Virus record (IMG/VR): IMGVR_UViG_3300024346_000006
Reading direction: 5' to 3' (one strand)
From: a virus
Lineage: Duplodnaviria; Caudoviricetes
DNA length: 64,000 nt
The notes under the pieces were generated by a model. That model saw nothing but the letters and a program-made list of their open reading frames with translations. It was not told where the DNA came from and did no database searches. Below are positions 17,754-26,086 of the stretch, piece after piece (position 1 is the stretch's first letter; every line of letters begins with the position of its first letter). The position numbers and the translations under genes were made by a program.

Positions 17754-18810
17754 CTCCCTGCTCCATGTTTATTGTATAACCATTTTCTTGGTGCAATTTT
17801 AAATCTAATCTTTGAGTAACACCAGCATCTTCTCTTAGAATTCTCCACATAGGATTGATATCTTCAATAGTAATTCTTGTTGCTTCGTCATATCCATACA
17901 CCCTTTGTGCAAAAAATTCTTCATTCTGTGTATCTAACTCATCTCTAAACATCTCTGCAAGAGACAAGTTTAACTGATCCAACATATCATGTAATAGTTC
18001 TTGTAAATAATAATCTGAATCATGCAATTCTGTTACCCATATATTTTTTACATCTTCAGTTAATGCATCCTGATCCAAATCATCAAATTCTAGAAAGTCT
18101 ATGTCCAGAAAATCAAACATTTTTCTGGCCTTTCTCATAATTTCTTTTTCTTCTTCTTCGTATGGCGTCTTTTTTCTTAACATCAATAAATTATTAATAT
18201 CGCCTTCAGATATATCTAATAGAAGTGGTGGTAATGGTTTCGACCACATACTCTTTACAATAGTAGATTGAAACGCTTGAGTCATTATAACAAACCCTGT
18301 ATCAGTTTCAACTAAGATTTCACCTGTAACACACATACCACTTATATCACAACTTGGTAGTAGTGTAATCATACTACCACCAATTTCATCAACAACCATA
18401 ATAAAATCTGTACCCCTCACACTAATTTTTGCGCTAGGGGTTCTGATATTCACTCTCTGTCTACTATTTGTGGCAATTTTACCACTCGCATAACGAATAG
18501 TACCTAAAGTCGCCCTCAATCCAAGAGAACCAGTTCCACTATTAGGGTCATAAACAAAGTCATCTATTAATAATCTGGTGTGTTCTGTCAAGTCTACTCT
18601 AGTATCATCAATGAAATCTATTCGCATCTTACCACGTTCAGTGACTGCGACATCCATAGACTCAACACTAACACCATAATTACCAGTAATAACATTAGTA
18701 TCTCTTTCTAACACTCCACTTCCACTCAGGTCGGTTATAGTCCCAGCTGCACCATAGAGGTTGTGTGGAAAACATAACACTAAGAGTACTAAGAAGATGT
18801 ACTTAAGCAT
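17686..18810 (-). CDS. Secreted FecR-domain protein
   Basis: Signal peptide; FecR-like segment (G.MRIDFIDDTRVDLTEHTRLLIDDFVYDP...G.IRYASGKIA...IRTPSAKISVRGTDF); curlin-like C-terminus. Confidence 0.8.
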   Translation of the reverse strand: MLKYIFLVLLVLCFPHNLYGAAGTITDLSGSGVLERDTNVITGNYGVSVESMDVAVTERGKMRIDFIDDTRVDLTEHTRLLIDDFVYDPNSGTGSLGLRATLGTIRYASGKIATNSRQRVNIRTPSAKISVRGTDFIMVVDEIGGSMITLLPSCDISGMCVTGEILVETDTGFVIMTQAFQSTIVKSMWSKPLPPLLLDISEGDINNLLMLRKKTPYEEEEKEIMRKARKMFDFLDIDFLEFDDLDQDALTEDVKNIWVTELHDSDYYLQELLHDMLDQLNLSLAEMFRDELDTQNEEFFAQRVYGYDEATRITIEDINPMWRILREDAGVTQRLDLKLHQENGYTINMEQGDEAIYDYRLGVGSNTIDIVQSQ

Positions 18811-19544
18811 CAGTCTTGTTGTGTTATATTAACGTCTGCACCATCACCAGAAAAAGTTGCGTCAATTAAATTATCATAGATTCCTGACTGTGATATTTTA
18901 TACATACCACCGCCACCAGTAATGTTTAGTGTGATACTGTGTCCGTTAATATCTCCGTTTCCAGTTTGATCTATATCAATGTAGTTTCCTGGCGCACTTG
19001 TAGAAAGTCCTGTAGTTCCATGCGTAAGTGTACCAGATGCAAGACTTGAAGAAGAATCAACTGTAACAGTGATATCTGCATTTGTTCCGTCTTGTATCAA
19101 ATCGATAACATTACCATCTCCAGTAACTGTGAAATCAGCGACTAAATTTTCTGCGTCATTATTCTCACCAATATACATTTGGAATTGATTATTATCACCA
19201 GTAGTAGTAATATCTAATGTAACTGTTTCGCAGTTAACACCCGAAGTAGTATCACAAGTTAAATCTACTGTATTTGTATCTCCAGTAAACACCCAAGTTC
19301 CTGTATAAGTATTACCCTTAATGATAGCATCAATTTCATTGAAGTTACCAGTTTGGGTGATACTAAAAGTCATAGTATCTCCTGTCAAGGTCATATCAGT
19401 AGTAGAATCGCCAATTTTATTATCTTGTCCATCTTGTACAATATCTAAGTCCAGATTATCGCCAGATTGTGTAATATAGATCTCATTAGCGTATGCTGGA
19501 ATACCGTACAAAAGTGCAAAAATTATTAGTATTTTTTTAAACAT
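18810..19544 (-). CDS. Curlin-repeat (CsgA/CsgB-like) secreted protein 2
   Basis: Signal peptide, NEIYITQSGDNL, repeated Q/T-G-D/N-x-N-x-I/V-D-L units. Confidence 0.75.
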   Translation of the reverse strand: MFKKILIIFALLYGIPAYANEIYITQSGDNLDLDIVQDGQDNKIGDSTTDMTLTGDTMTFSITQTGNFNEIDAIIKGNTYTGTWVFTGDTNTVDLTCDTTSGVNCETVTLDITTTGDNNQFQMYIGENNDAENLVADFTVTGDGNVIDLIQDGTNADITVTVDSSSSLASGTLTHGTTGLSTSAPGNYIDIDQTGNGDINGHSITLNITGGGGMYKISQSGIYDNLIDATFSGDGADVNITQQD

Positions 19545-19545
19545 A

Positions 19546-20364
19546 TTATTCCTCTTGTTTTAGTTCCATTTTCCAGAGTTGTTTTTTTACTCCACCATAA
19601 ACTAACTCGATCACACCCTGTTCAATTGCCGCTCTGACAGCATAATTAACGGGTTCATTTGATGAAAAGCCGGTTTCAGTTTCTACGAGTTTTGTACCGA
19701 GGTCTAAAAATTTAAATACATCTGCACCACTTCTATAACTTGCAATTGTTTTATCCGTAGCAATACTCATTAACACCTTACCTGTACCAACACTTACTAG
19801 TCGCATAACAACAGTAACAGTATCTATTCTGTATTCTGTTTGTATGCCAACACCCAAGTATCTAGCACCGGCGCCGCCTGTCGCCGTATTTGAATCATAA
19901 CCAACCACTCCCCCTTCAAGGATAAGTCCTGCAAAAATCATAGGACTTAATGGTTCTGGGCCTCCTGGCTTGCTTTTATCATAAACATCCCTTGTCTGTC
20001 TAATCAATTGTCTTTCTTTTATTAAATTATCCATACCAACACGTTCTACAACATCAAACCATGTTCCATTACCCACATCTTGAAGTGCCTTTATAACCCA
20101 AACTTCTGATCCTTGAGTTACTGCAGAACTTAAACTTGCAATATTCGTTGCCGACTTTCTTTGTCCAGTCTTATCCAAAAACTGATAAACAGCGATTGTA
20201 ATTTTTGGGCCATCAATTGGTGGCACGGCCGCAAGACGTTCCTTAATTGGACTCTCTTGCAATTCTGGTGAAATATTAACATCCCGTAAAGTTTGAAGAC
20301 TCTTGTTGGTTGCACACCCAGATAACACTAAAAGAGAGAGTATTACAGGTATTAACTTTCTCAA
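19546..20364 (-). CDS. csgG: Curli secretion channel lipoprotein CsgG
   Basis: Lipobox LSGC; IAVYQFLDKTGQRK, VTQG, WFDVVER.GMDNL.KERQ, EGGVVGYDSN, GGAGARYLG. Confidence 0.92.
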   Translation of the reverse strand: MRKLIPVILSLLVLSGCATNKSLQTLRDVNISPELQESPIKERLAAVPPIDGPKITIAVYQFLDKTGQRKSATNIASLSSAVTQGSEVWVIKALQDVGNGTWFDVVERVGMDNLIKERQLIRQTRDVYDKSKPGGPEPLSPMIFAGLILEGGVVGYDSNTATGGAGARYLGVGIQTEYRIDTVTVVMRLVSVGTGKVLMSIATDKTIASYRSGADVFKFLDLGTKLVETETGFSSNEPVNYAVRAAIEQGVIELVYGGVKKQLWKMELKQEE

Positions 20365-20822
20365 AAACCAAACTCCCCTGTTGGAATTGTTATTTCAGTA
20401 ATACTTCCATCTTCTTCAGTAACGCTTAATGTTATAGTGCCAGCAATCGGGTCTTTTATCCAAGTTATAGTAGAACCCTCAATAGTAGCAGTTCCAGTAT
20501 TAGAACATATATCTCCACAATCTGCAAACATTGCATCAACCATTTGTTTAGATAGTGTTGCATAAATTCTAGATTCGATGTTTCTTAAAAATTTGGCGAG
20601 AGTTGTATTTTCAAGTTCTCTTTCAATTCTTGCGGCCTCTGCTTCTGCTGATTTTCTCAAGTCTTCTTTTCTGTTATGTTGTAACTGTTCAACACTCAAA
20701 ACATGAGTGGAGTAACCATTTCCATAATGAAAGGCCGGATTCTTAAATCCCCATGTCAGTTCAGAAGCATATAGATTACTGCTCATCAATATTAAACTTA
20801 CAACTATCAGTATTCTGTTCAT
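20361..20822 (-). CDS. csgF: Curli assembly protein CsgF-like
   Basis: Signal peptide, then SELTWGFKNPAF (CsgF N-terminal motif); directly upstream of csgG. Confidence 0.75.
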   Translation of the reverse strand: MNRILIVVSLILMSSNLYASELTWGFKNPAFHYGNGYSTHVLSVEQLQHNRKEDLRKSAEAEAARIERELENTTLAKFLRNIESRIYATLSKQMVDAMFADCGDICSNTGTATIEGSTITWIKDPIAGTITLSVTEEDGSITEITIPTGEFGF

Positions 20823-20832
20823 GAGTTTTCCT

Positions 20833-21129
20833 CTAAGAATTTTCTTTTCGTTTTTTTATAATTTTTTCTACTTCTTCGTCAGTTGGGATAACAACTCCCT
20901 TCTGTTGTAAGATCATATTTAACTTTGTATTTAATCGAATTAAATCATTGTCTAGCATTCTAACCCTGTCGATCAATGCAATGAGAGTCATATGCGACTC
21001 CTCAATGACAGGATCTACCTCTTCTGTCACCCAATACCATATATAGTATATAAAATATCCTAACCCAAATGCGGCTATGATAGGAAATCCATATTGTCCT
21101 ATTAATGTTCCTAATTCAATACTGTCCAT
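20833..21129 (-). CDS. Small single-TM membrane protein (holin-like), GFPI paralogue 2
   Basis: QYGFPIIAAFGLGYFIYYIW, then coiled coil IDRVRMLDNDLIRL. Confidence 0.6.
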   Translation of the reverse strand: MDSIELGTLIGQYGFPIIAAFGLGYFIYYIWYWVTEEVDPVIEESHMTLIALIDRVRMLDNDLIRLNTKLNMILQQKGVVIPTDEEVEKIIKKRKENS

Positions 21130-21130
21130 T

Positions 21131-21331
21131 TTAGTCTCTATTTACACCTTCATCACCAGAGATGTGACATAACCAACCATTTTCATTTACACGAAAAACA
21201 TCACCAGGCTTATAAAGGTAATTCTTTTTTTTATTTCCATCTGCTTCAAGCCCCATAACTTCACCTTCGTATTCACCACGAATTTTAAAGTTCTTTCCAG
21301 CCTGATCGATGATATAATCTAACCACATCAT
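21131..21331 (-). CDS. Small hypothetical protein
   Basis: 66 aa, PGDVFRVNENGWL. Confidence 0.55.
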   Translation of the reverse strand: MMWLDYIIDQAGKNFKIRGEYEGEVMGLEADGNKKKNYLYKPGDVFRVNENGWLCHISGDEGVNRD

Positions 21332-21513
21332 GACGCAATATCCTCCGATACACTTCCAATTTTTTCAAAATAACCATTAGGGCCAACTTGATATAAATCG
21401 CCTATCTGTATCTTTACATCATCAATGACAAAAAATTTATCATCTGGGTTTTTTGCAGACGTAATTCTAAATCCATTTGCAAATTTCGTTAATAGTAAGT
21501 TTTTCCAAAGCAT
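21328..21513 (-). CDS. Small hypothetical protein, paralogue of 21131-21331
   Basis: 61 aa, IGDLYQVGPNGYF. Confidence 0.55.
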   Translation of the reverse strand: MLWKNLLLTKFANGFRITSAKNPDDKFFVIDDVKIQIGDLYQVGPNGYFEKIGSVSEDIAS

Positions 21514-21800
21514 TAATCTTTCCTCGCATCTGTTTGTCCATCCGCTCTTGCAATTCTATTGAGGTCTGCAGGCAGTAATGGAATGTTAAATGATCTACAC
21601 ATTAGTATATCAATTCGCAAGAGTTCATTATTCATGGTCTTAACTCTATTATCTAAAGATTGCACAAATCCTCTCTGTGTTTTGATATTATCTAAAACAC
21701 CAGCCAGAATGAATTTTAATGTTAGGAAAACAAAAAAGCCGCCTGCAAGTGCAGAAGCGATGGGAAATCCAACGTCTGCTACTAACGATAAAAAGTCCAT
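21513..21800 (-). CDS. Small single-TM membrane protein (holin-like), GFPI paralogue 1
   Basis: DVGFPIASALAGGFFVFLTLKFI, then LDNRVKTMNNELLRI. Confidence 0.6.
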   Translation of the reverse strand: MDFLSLVADVGFPIASALAGGFFVFLTLKFILAGVLDNIKTQRGFVQSLDNRVKTMNNELLRIDILMCRSFNIPLLPADLNRIARADGQTDARKD

Positions 21801-21847
21801 ATAAAAATCCTCTCAACCCTATTTATGATTTTGAGTCATTCTAGGCC

Positions 21848-21874
21848 AAAAAAAAGACAGTATAATACTGTCTT
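21848..21874 (-). terminator. Probable terminator separating upstream genes from the curli-type operon
   Basis: Hairpin aagacagta-taa-tactgtctt with an A-run (U-tract on minus); late-like CATAAATA at 21820-21827 lies downstream. Confidence 0.55.
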
Positions 21875-21897
21875 ATGTAACATTTGTCAGATTTACA

Positions 21898-22065
21898 TCA
21901 GGATATATACCATACTACCAAAGATGCAAGAACAATCCACAAAGAATACTGCAGTCCAAACTTGATGAACCCAAACATAATACTAAGAAATATTCCTATA
22001 GAAACACCAACTACTGCAAGTATTGTTATTATGTCCATCGCTAGTTGTAAATTGCTTCCCATCAT
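21898..22065 (-). CDS. Small two-TM membrane protein (55 aa)
   Basis: Manual translation MMGSNLQLAMDIITILAVVGVSIGIFLSIMFGFIKFGLQYSLWIVLASLVVWYIS. Confidence 0.5.
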   Translation of the reverse strand: MMGSNLQLAMDIITILAVVGVSIGIFLSIMFGFIKFGLQYSLWIVLASLVVWYIS

Positions 22066-22071
22066 AAAAAT

Positions 22072-22464
22072 TCATGTCCTAGTAATTAATTCAACAAGAT
22101 TTAAAGCAACAGAAGTGCCAGATATAGAACTTCCTATCATGATCGCTCTGTCACCCCATTGCATTCCTACTACAACCCATCCTATACTTGCAATCACATA
22201 TAGAATTTGTCCTATCATTTCAAAACCAGAGCTCAATGAAAAAATACCCAAAACTGCAAAGATAGTAGACATCCATTTAATATACCAGTCAAATGTACCG
22301 ACTGGTGTTGTTGGAGTAAGGTCGTCTACTTCACTTTGTAGTTGGGCAAGTTCTTCTTTAAGTCGTTTGCGCTCTTGAGAAAGTTCCATGGCGATTTTTC
22401 CTGCCTTGGACATTTGACTATTTTCAAACTTTTGCTTAATTTTTGGGTCTAAATCATCATCCAT
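22072..22464 (-). CDS. Coiled-coil plus multi-TM membrane protein
   Basis: N-terminal heptads, three hydrophobic C-terminal segments. Confidence 0.6.
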   Translation of the reverse strand: MDDDLDPKIKQKFENSQMSKAGKIAMELSQERKRLKEELAQLQSEVDDLTPTTPVGTFDWYIKWMSTIFAVLGIFSLSSGFEMIGQILYVIASIGWVVVGMQWGDRAIMIGSSISGTSVALNLVELITRT

Positions 22465-22474
22465 AAAAAATATT

Positions 22475-22750
22475 TCACTTTTCTAGTTTATCGATTCTTT
22501 TTTCTAACTCATCAATCTTACCAGTCATTTTAGGATATCTTTTTCGCCATGCATCTGGTGGTTCTTGCAACCAAACAATACCCCATCTCTCTGCAAGATA
22601 TGCCATAAAAGTATCAAACTTGGCGTATCCCCATAGTCCCATGCGAGTATCTTTAAACCACATTAAAAATGCGGCACCAAAAAGACTTCCTGCAATACCT
22701 GTATAAATCCACAACCTATCGGTTGCCATCCTCTCTATCATTTCCCACAT
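22475..22750 (-). CDS. Hypothetical membrane protein
   Basis: One TM plus a C-terminal short coil. Confidence 0.6.
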   Translation of the reverse strand: MWEMIERMATDRLWIYTGIAGSLFGAAFLMWFKDTRMGLWGYAKFDTFMAYLAERWGIVWLQEPPDAWRKRYPKMTGKIDELEKRIDKLEK

Positions 22751-22769
22751 TGTTATTTTCCAGTATCCT

Positions 22770-23570
22770 TCAATTTTTATCTCCTATGGGTTCATTGAAT
22801 CCTTCCGTATATCTCATATAATATTTCATACTATGGTCATAAGCACCATCAAAGAGTTGTCTTTTCTTTAGTGCGATCCATCGCCCTCTCATCTGATCTT
22901 TAAATCTCTGCCATGGTGTCAATTTACGAACATTGCCATAAAAATTAATGTAACGCAACTCACCATGATGTTTATAAGTAAAGATTGAAGGCGGCACACT
23001 TGGTACTATGTCATTGTTGTTTACAAATCTAACATGATTTGCAATATTAGATTTACAGTATTCACGATTTCCAACTCTTGGAGAACCAAAAGTACATAAA
23101 CATGTTACTGACGGCAACCTTCCGGCAACGATTGTCGCCATAGCACCACCCAATGAATGTCCAGTCACAAACAATTTTCTATTTTTTTGAAGTGTCTGAT
23201 TAAACCTCACATCTAAAACTTGTTTTTTTACTAATTCCCATAATTTGGAAACTTCTGTTTCAAATCCTAAATGAACTCTTCCTGCAAGAAGAGATTTTTT
23301 CGGCCATGCCTTAAGGTCTGCCTTGACATCATTAAACTGTTCTGGTTGGGTTCCTCTAAATGCAACAATGACATTATCTTCGTTCCAAACTACATATGCT
23401 TGGGCGCCTGAATTATCATAGTATCTTACATGCGGATATCCCATTTTATAGAACTTTGGGTCTGCTTCGTTTTTTGTTAAATATGCATAACTTGACGCTT
23501 TTGCCAAGTCATGCACAGTTACTGCGTACTCATACATTTTTTGCCTCGTATACTCTGTTATGTGTATCAT
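22770..23570 (-). CDS. Class 3 lipase (alpha/beta hydrolase)
   Basis: VIVAFRGT, VHLGF, FVTGHSLGGAMA nucleophile elbow, TFGSPRVGN, NDIVPSVP, C-terminal DH. Confidence 0.88.
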   Translation of the reverse strand: MIHITEYTRQKMYEYAVTVHDLAKASSYAYLTKNEADPKFYKMGYPHVRYYDNSGAQAYVVWNEDNVIVAFRGTQPEQFNDVKADLKAWPKKSLLAGRVHLGFETEVSKLWELVKKQVLDVRFNQTLQKNRKLFVTGHSLGGAMATIVAGRLPSVTCLCTFGSPRVGNREYCKSNIANHVRFVNNNDIVPSVPPSIFTYKHHGELRYINFYGNVRKLTPWQRFKDQMRGRWIALKKRQLFDGAYDHSMKYYMRYTEGFNEPIGDKN

Positions 23571-24690
23571 TGCACAAAATAAAAGTTGTACATTTACTTA
23601 GTCTTTTTAATTTGTCTGCACCAACATAAGTACATGTTGAACGCAATCCACCAAGGATATCTTGAACAGTAGATGCAACAGTACCTCTATATGGAACGAG
23701 TACTTCTCTACCTTCACTACTTCTATATTCTTTTAGTCCACCAAAATGTTTATCATTTGCAGCGACTGAACTCATACCATAGAACCGCACAAACTGTTTT
23801 TCTTCAATCTTATGTGTAAGATTATCTAAATGATGACCAAGTTCATACGTTAGTTCATTTGTTTTATAGAACTTTGTAATCACTTCACCACCACCTTCAT
23901 CGTGTCCGGCAAGCATCCCTCCCAACATAACAAAATCGGCTCCTCCAGCGAATGCCTTAGCAACATCGCCAGGAGTAGAGCAACCGCCGTCAGCAATAAT
24001 GTGTCCACCAAGGCCATGAGCTGCGTCAGCACACTCGATGACCGCAGAGAGTTGAGGATAACCCACCCCAGTCTGAAGGCGAGTGGTGCAAACACTGCCA
24101 GGACCAATGCCCACTTTGACAATATCAGCTCCATTTAGAATTAACTCCTGTGTTTGATCTGCAGTTACAACATTCCCTGCAATAATTACAATATTTGGAT
24201 AGTTTTGTCTGAAAGATTTTACAAACTCTACAAATCTTTCTGTGTATCCATTTGCGACATCAATACAAACATATTTCAGAAGAGAATCAACCTGTTCATA
24301 AACCATTCGAAATTTATTTTCATCTGCCTGTGCAATTCCAATAGACATCGCAACATGTTCAGTTCTTTCTGGAATATCACTATCAAAGTAAGTAACAAGT
24401 TCACCGACAGTATATGTCTTAACGAGGCATGTAAAAAGTCCACCTTCTGCAAGTTTATCTGCCATTTGAAAGGTGGCAACACTATCCATATTAGCAGCCA
24501 TAATAGGGATTCCTTTATAATGGGGATTACTATCTGGGCGCAAAACTTCCATACTCATTTCTTCTGGACGATAATTACGGAACCGATAACTACGTTCTAG
24601 ACAAACTTCTTTTCTAGAAGTTAATGTACTTCTCTTAGGACGAATTAGAACATCATTGTAATCTAGTTTTACTTCACTATCGATTCTCAT
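23530..24690 (-). CDS. guaC: GMP reductase
   Basis: KLDYNDVLIRPKRSTL.SR, AANMD, CIDVANGY, VKVGIGPGSVCTTR, SEG, GGLRSTCTYVGA. Confidence 0.92.
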   Translation of the reverse strand: MRIDSEVKLDYNDVLIRPKRSTLTSRKEVCLERSYRFRNYRPEEMSMEVLRPDSNPHYKGIPIMAANMDSVATFQMADKLAEGGLFTCLVKTYTVGELVTYFDSDIPERTEHVAMSIGIAQADENKFRMVYEQVDSLLKYVCIDVANGYTERFVEFVKSFRQNYPNIVIIAGNVVTADQTQELILNGADIVKVGIGPGSVCTTRLQTGVGYPQLSAVIECADAAHGLGGHIIADGGCSTPGDVAKAFAGGADFVMLGGMLAGHDEGGGEVITKFYKTNELTYELGHHLDNLTHKIEEKQFVRFYGMSSVAANDKHFGGLKEYRSSEGREVLVPYRGTVASTVQDILGGLRSTCTYVGADKLKRLSKCTTFILCNDTHNRVYEAKNV

Positions 24691-25322
24691 GCAATTTCAC
24701 CAATCGCATGTTCATTGCGCCACAACTTTAGACTTGTAACAAAATTGGCCGCATCTTCCCATTGACGTTCACTCAATGATTCCCACATAACATCTTGAAA
24801 AAAATCTGATGATTCATGATCTTCCCATTGCAAATCATCAAAATTATATTTTCCATGCAACTCTTTAGGGTATTCTGCAATTACAGCATCAACGATCTCT
24901 TCATACTCATCTTCCCATCCATCATACATTTCATCTCCGTCATATACATAAGTGCCTGCAAAATTAGGGCCCTCATCTTCGTATGTAAAGATAGTAATAA
25001 TTTCTGGGTCGAATTCACTCAATTCTTCCAATAGATAAGTTAATGCACCCTCTGGAGGACTCCATGCAGACTGTCCATTTAAATATCCAGCATCTGCATC
25101 CATGTCTTCGATATAACTCCATTTGGGCCCGACATGTTCAGTAGTCCAACTATACTGTTCTGTTTCTTCATATGTTGTAGAACCTTTAGGGTCTACAAAA
25201 ATATCTCCCAACCATTGGTGAGGTGTATCTGTTCGAACACGTTCTAGAATTTCTTTTAATTTTTCTTTTGCTGCATCGTTGATCGAGTCAAAGTTGATGC
25301 TCCAGTTTACATGATTTGCCAT
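24687..25322 (-). CDS. Hypothetical protein with DUF1281/Api92-like ferredoxin-fold segment
   Basis: GPKW...SAWSPP....L....YEDEG.NFAG. Confidence 0.5.
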   Translation of the reverse strand: MANHVNWSINFDSINDAAKEKLKEILERVRTDTPHQWLGDIFVDPKGSTTYEETEQYSWTTEHVGPKWSYIEDMDADAGYLNGQSAWSPPEGALTYLLEELSEFDPEIITIFTYEDEGPNFAGTYVYDGDEMYDGWEDEYEEIVDAVIAEYPKELHGKYNFDDLQWEDHESSDFFQDVMWESLSERQWEDAANFVTSLKLWRNEHAIGEIA

Positions 25323-25324
25323 TA

Positions 25325-25522
25325 TTAATCTCCAAAAGGTCTATCAGTTTTAAAACATAGTACTTTATAGTTCAAAGGCTCCCCAAGATTGGAAACAATA
25401 AAAGATTTTGCTTCCTCACATCTCTGTTCGGTTTTGAATAATTCTTGGTCGAAGATTGTTACTTCGCCAGTGGGGCCAGACATTAAAAATACTAAAATCC
25501 AATATAAAGGTAATTCAACCAT
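25325..25522 (-). CDS. Small hypothetical protein
   Basis: 65 aa, hydrophobic N-terminus, two Cys. Confidence 0.5.
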   Translation of the reverse strand: MVELPLYWILVFLMSGPTGEVTIFDQELFKTEQRCEEAKSFIVSNLGEPLNYKVLCFKTDRPFGD

Positions 25523-25571
25523 AAAGTAATCTCCAAATTTTCAATAACCATAATATACCATTCTTTTATAC

Positions 25572-25841
25572 TTATGTCAAGAATATATTTGAATATTCTC
25601 TAAGTTTTTCTTTCTTTCTCTGAACTCTTTCATCAATCTCACTGAAAGAAACTAAGTCAAATTCGTGCAAAAAATCGATCATACATTGAATATCACCTAT
25701 CTCTTCTGCTAACTGTTTTGTTTTTTCAGAGTCCCTTCCAAATCTGATTATTTTAGACGCAACTTTCTGCAACTCCGAACACTCTTCGATTAAAATTACC
25801 AACATTTCAATCTCTGGGTCTGTAAGTCTAGGTTTGTTCAT
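25572..25841 (-). CDS. MazG-like nucleotide pyrophosphohydrolase
   Basis: LIEECSELQKVASK...LAEEIGDI (EExxE...ExxD). Confidence 0.7.
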   Translation of the reverse strand: MNKPRLTDPEIEMLVILIEECSELQKVASKIIRFGRDSEKTKQLAEEIGDIQCMIDFLHEFDLVSFSEIDERVQRKKEKLREYSNIFLT

Positions 25842-26049
25842 TTTTTTACCTCAATGAAGTGTCTTCGGGCGATTCCTTATTAAATACTCAAGTACTTGAG
25901 TCCAATATTGATATACCCAACTAGATTTATTATTTTCAAATTTTTCAACTATTCTAGCCACGTTTTCTATACGTCTGTCCATTAATTGTTCATATGTCAT
26001 TGGCAACTCCATTTTTGACTATACTAACACCATTCATCATTTTTGTCAA

Positions 26050-26057
26050 TATAAATA
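26050..26057 (+). promoter_or_regulatory. T4-type late promoter TATAAATA
   Basis: Exact gp55 consensus 30 nt upstream of the ATG at 26087. Confidence 0.8.
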
Positions 26058-26086
26058 GTAAAAAAACTTTTAACATTGGGCGAAAA

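Noticed and set aside
15020-21800. Host chromosomal contamination as the source of the curli/cyclase genes
   Set aside because: Base composition and tight gene packing match the flanking phage genes, a phage late-like promoter precedes the block, and no integrase or housekeeping context is present. Read-level confirmation is still advisable.
21800-21900. Glutamine (glnA-type) riboswitch upstream of the curli operon, as reported for a related phage
   Set aside because: Only a short terminator-like hairpin and a late-like promoter are visible; I could not match the glnA consensus by eye. An Infernal search would settle it.
25994-26086. N-terminal extension of the 853-aa ORF
   Set aside because: The late promoter at 26050-26057 lies inside this extension, so the ATG at 26087 is the more plausible start.
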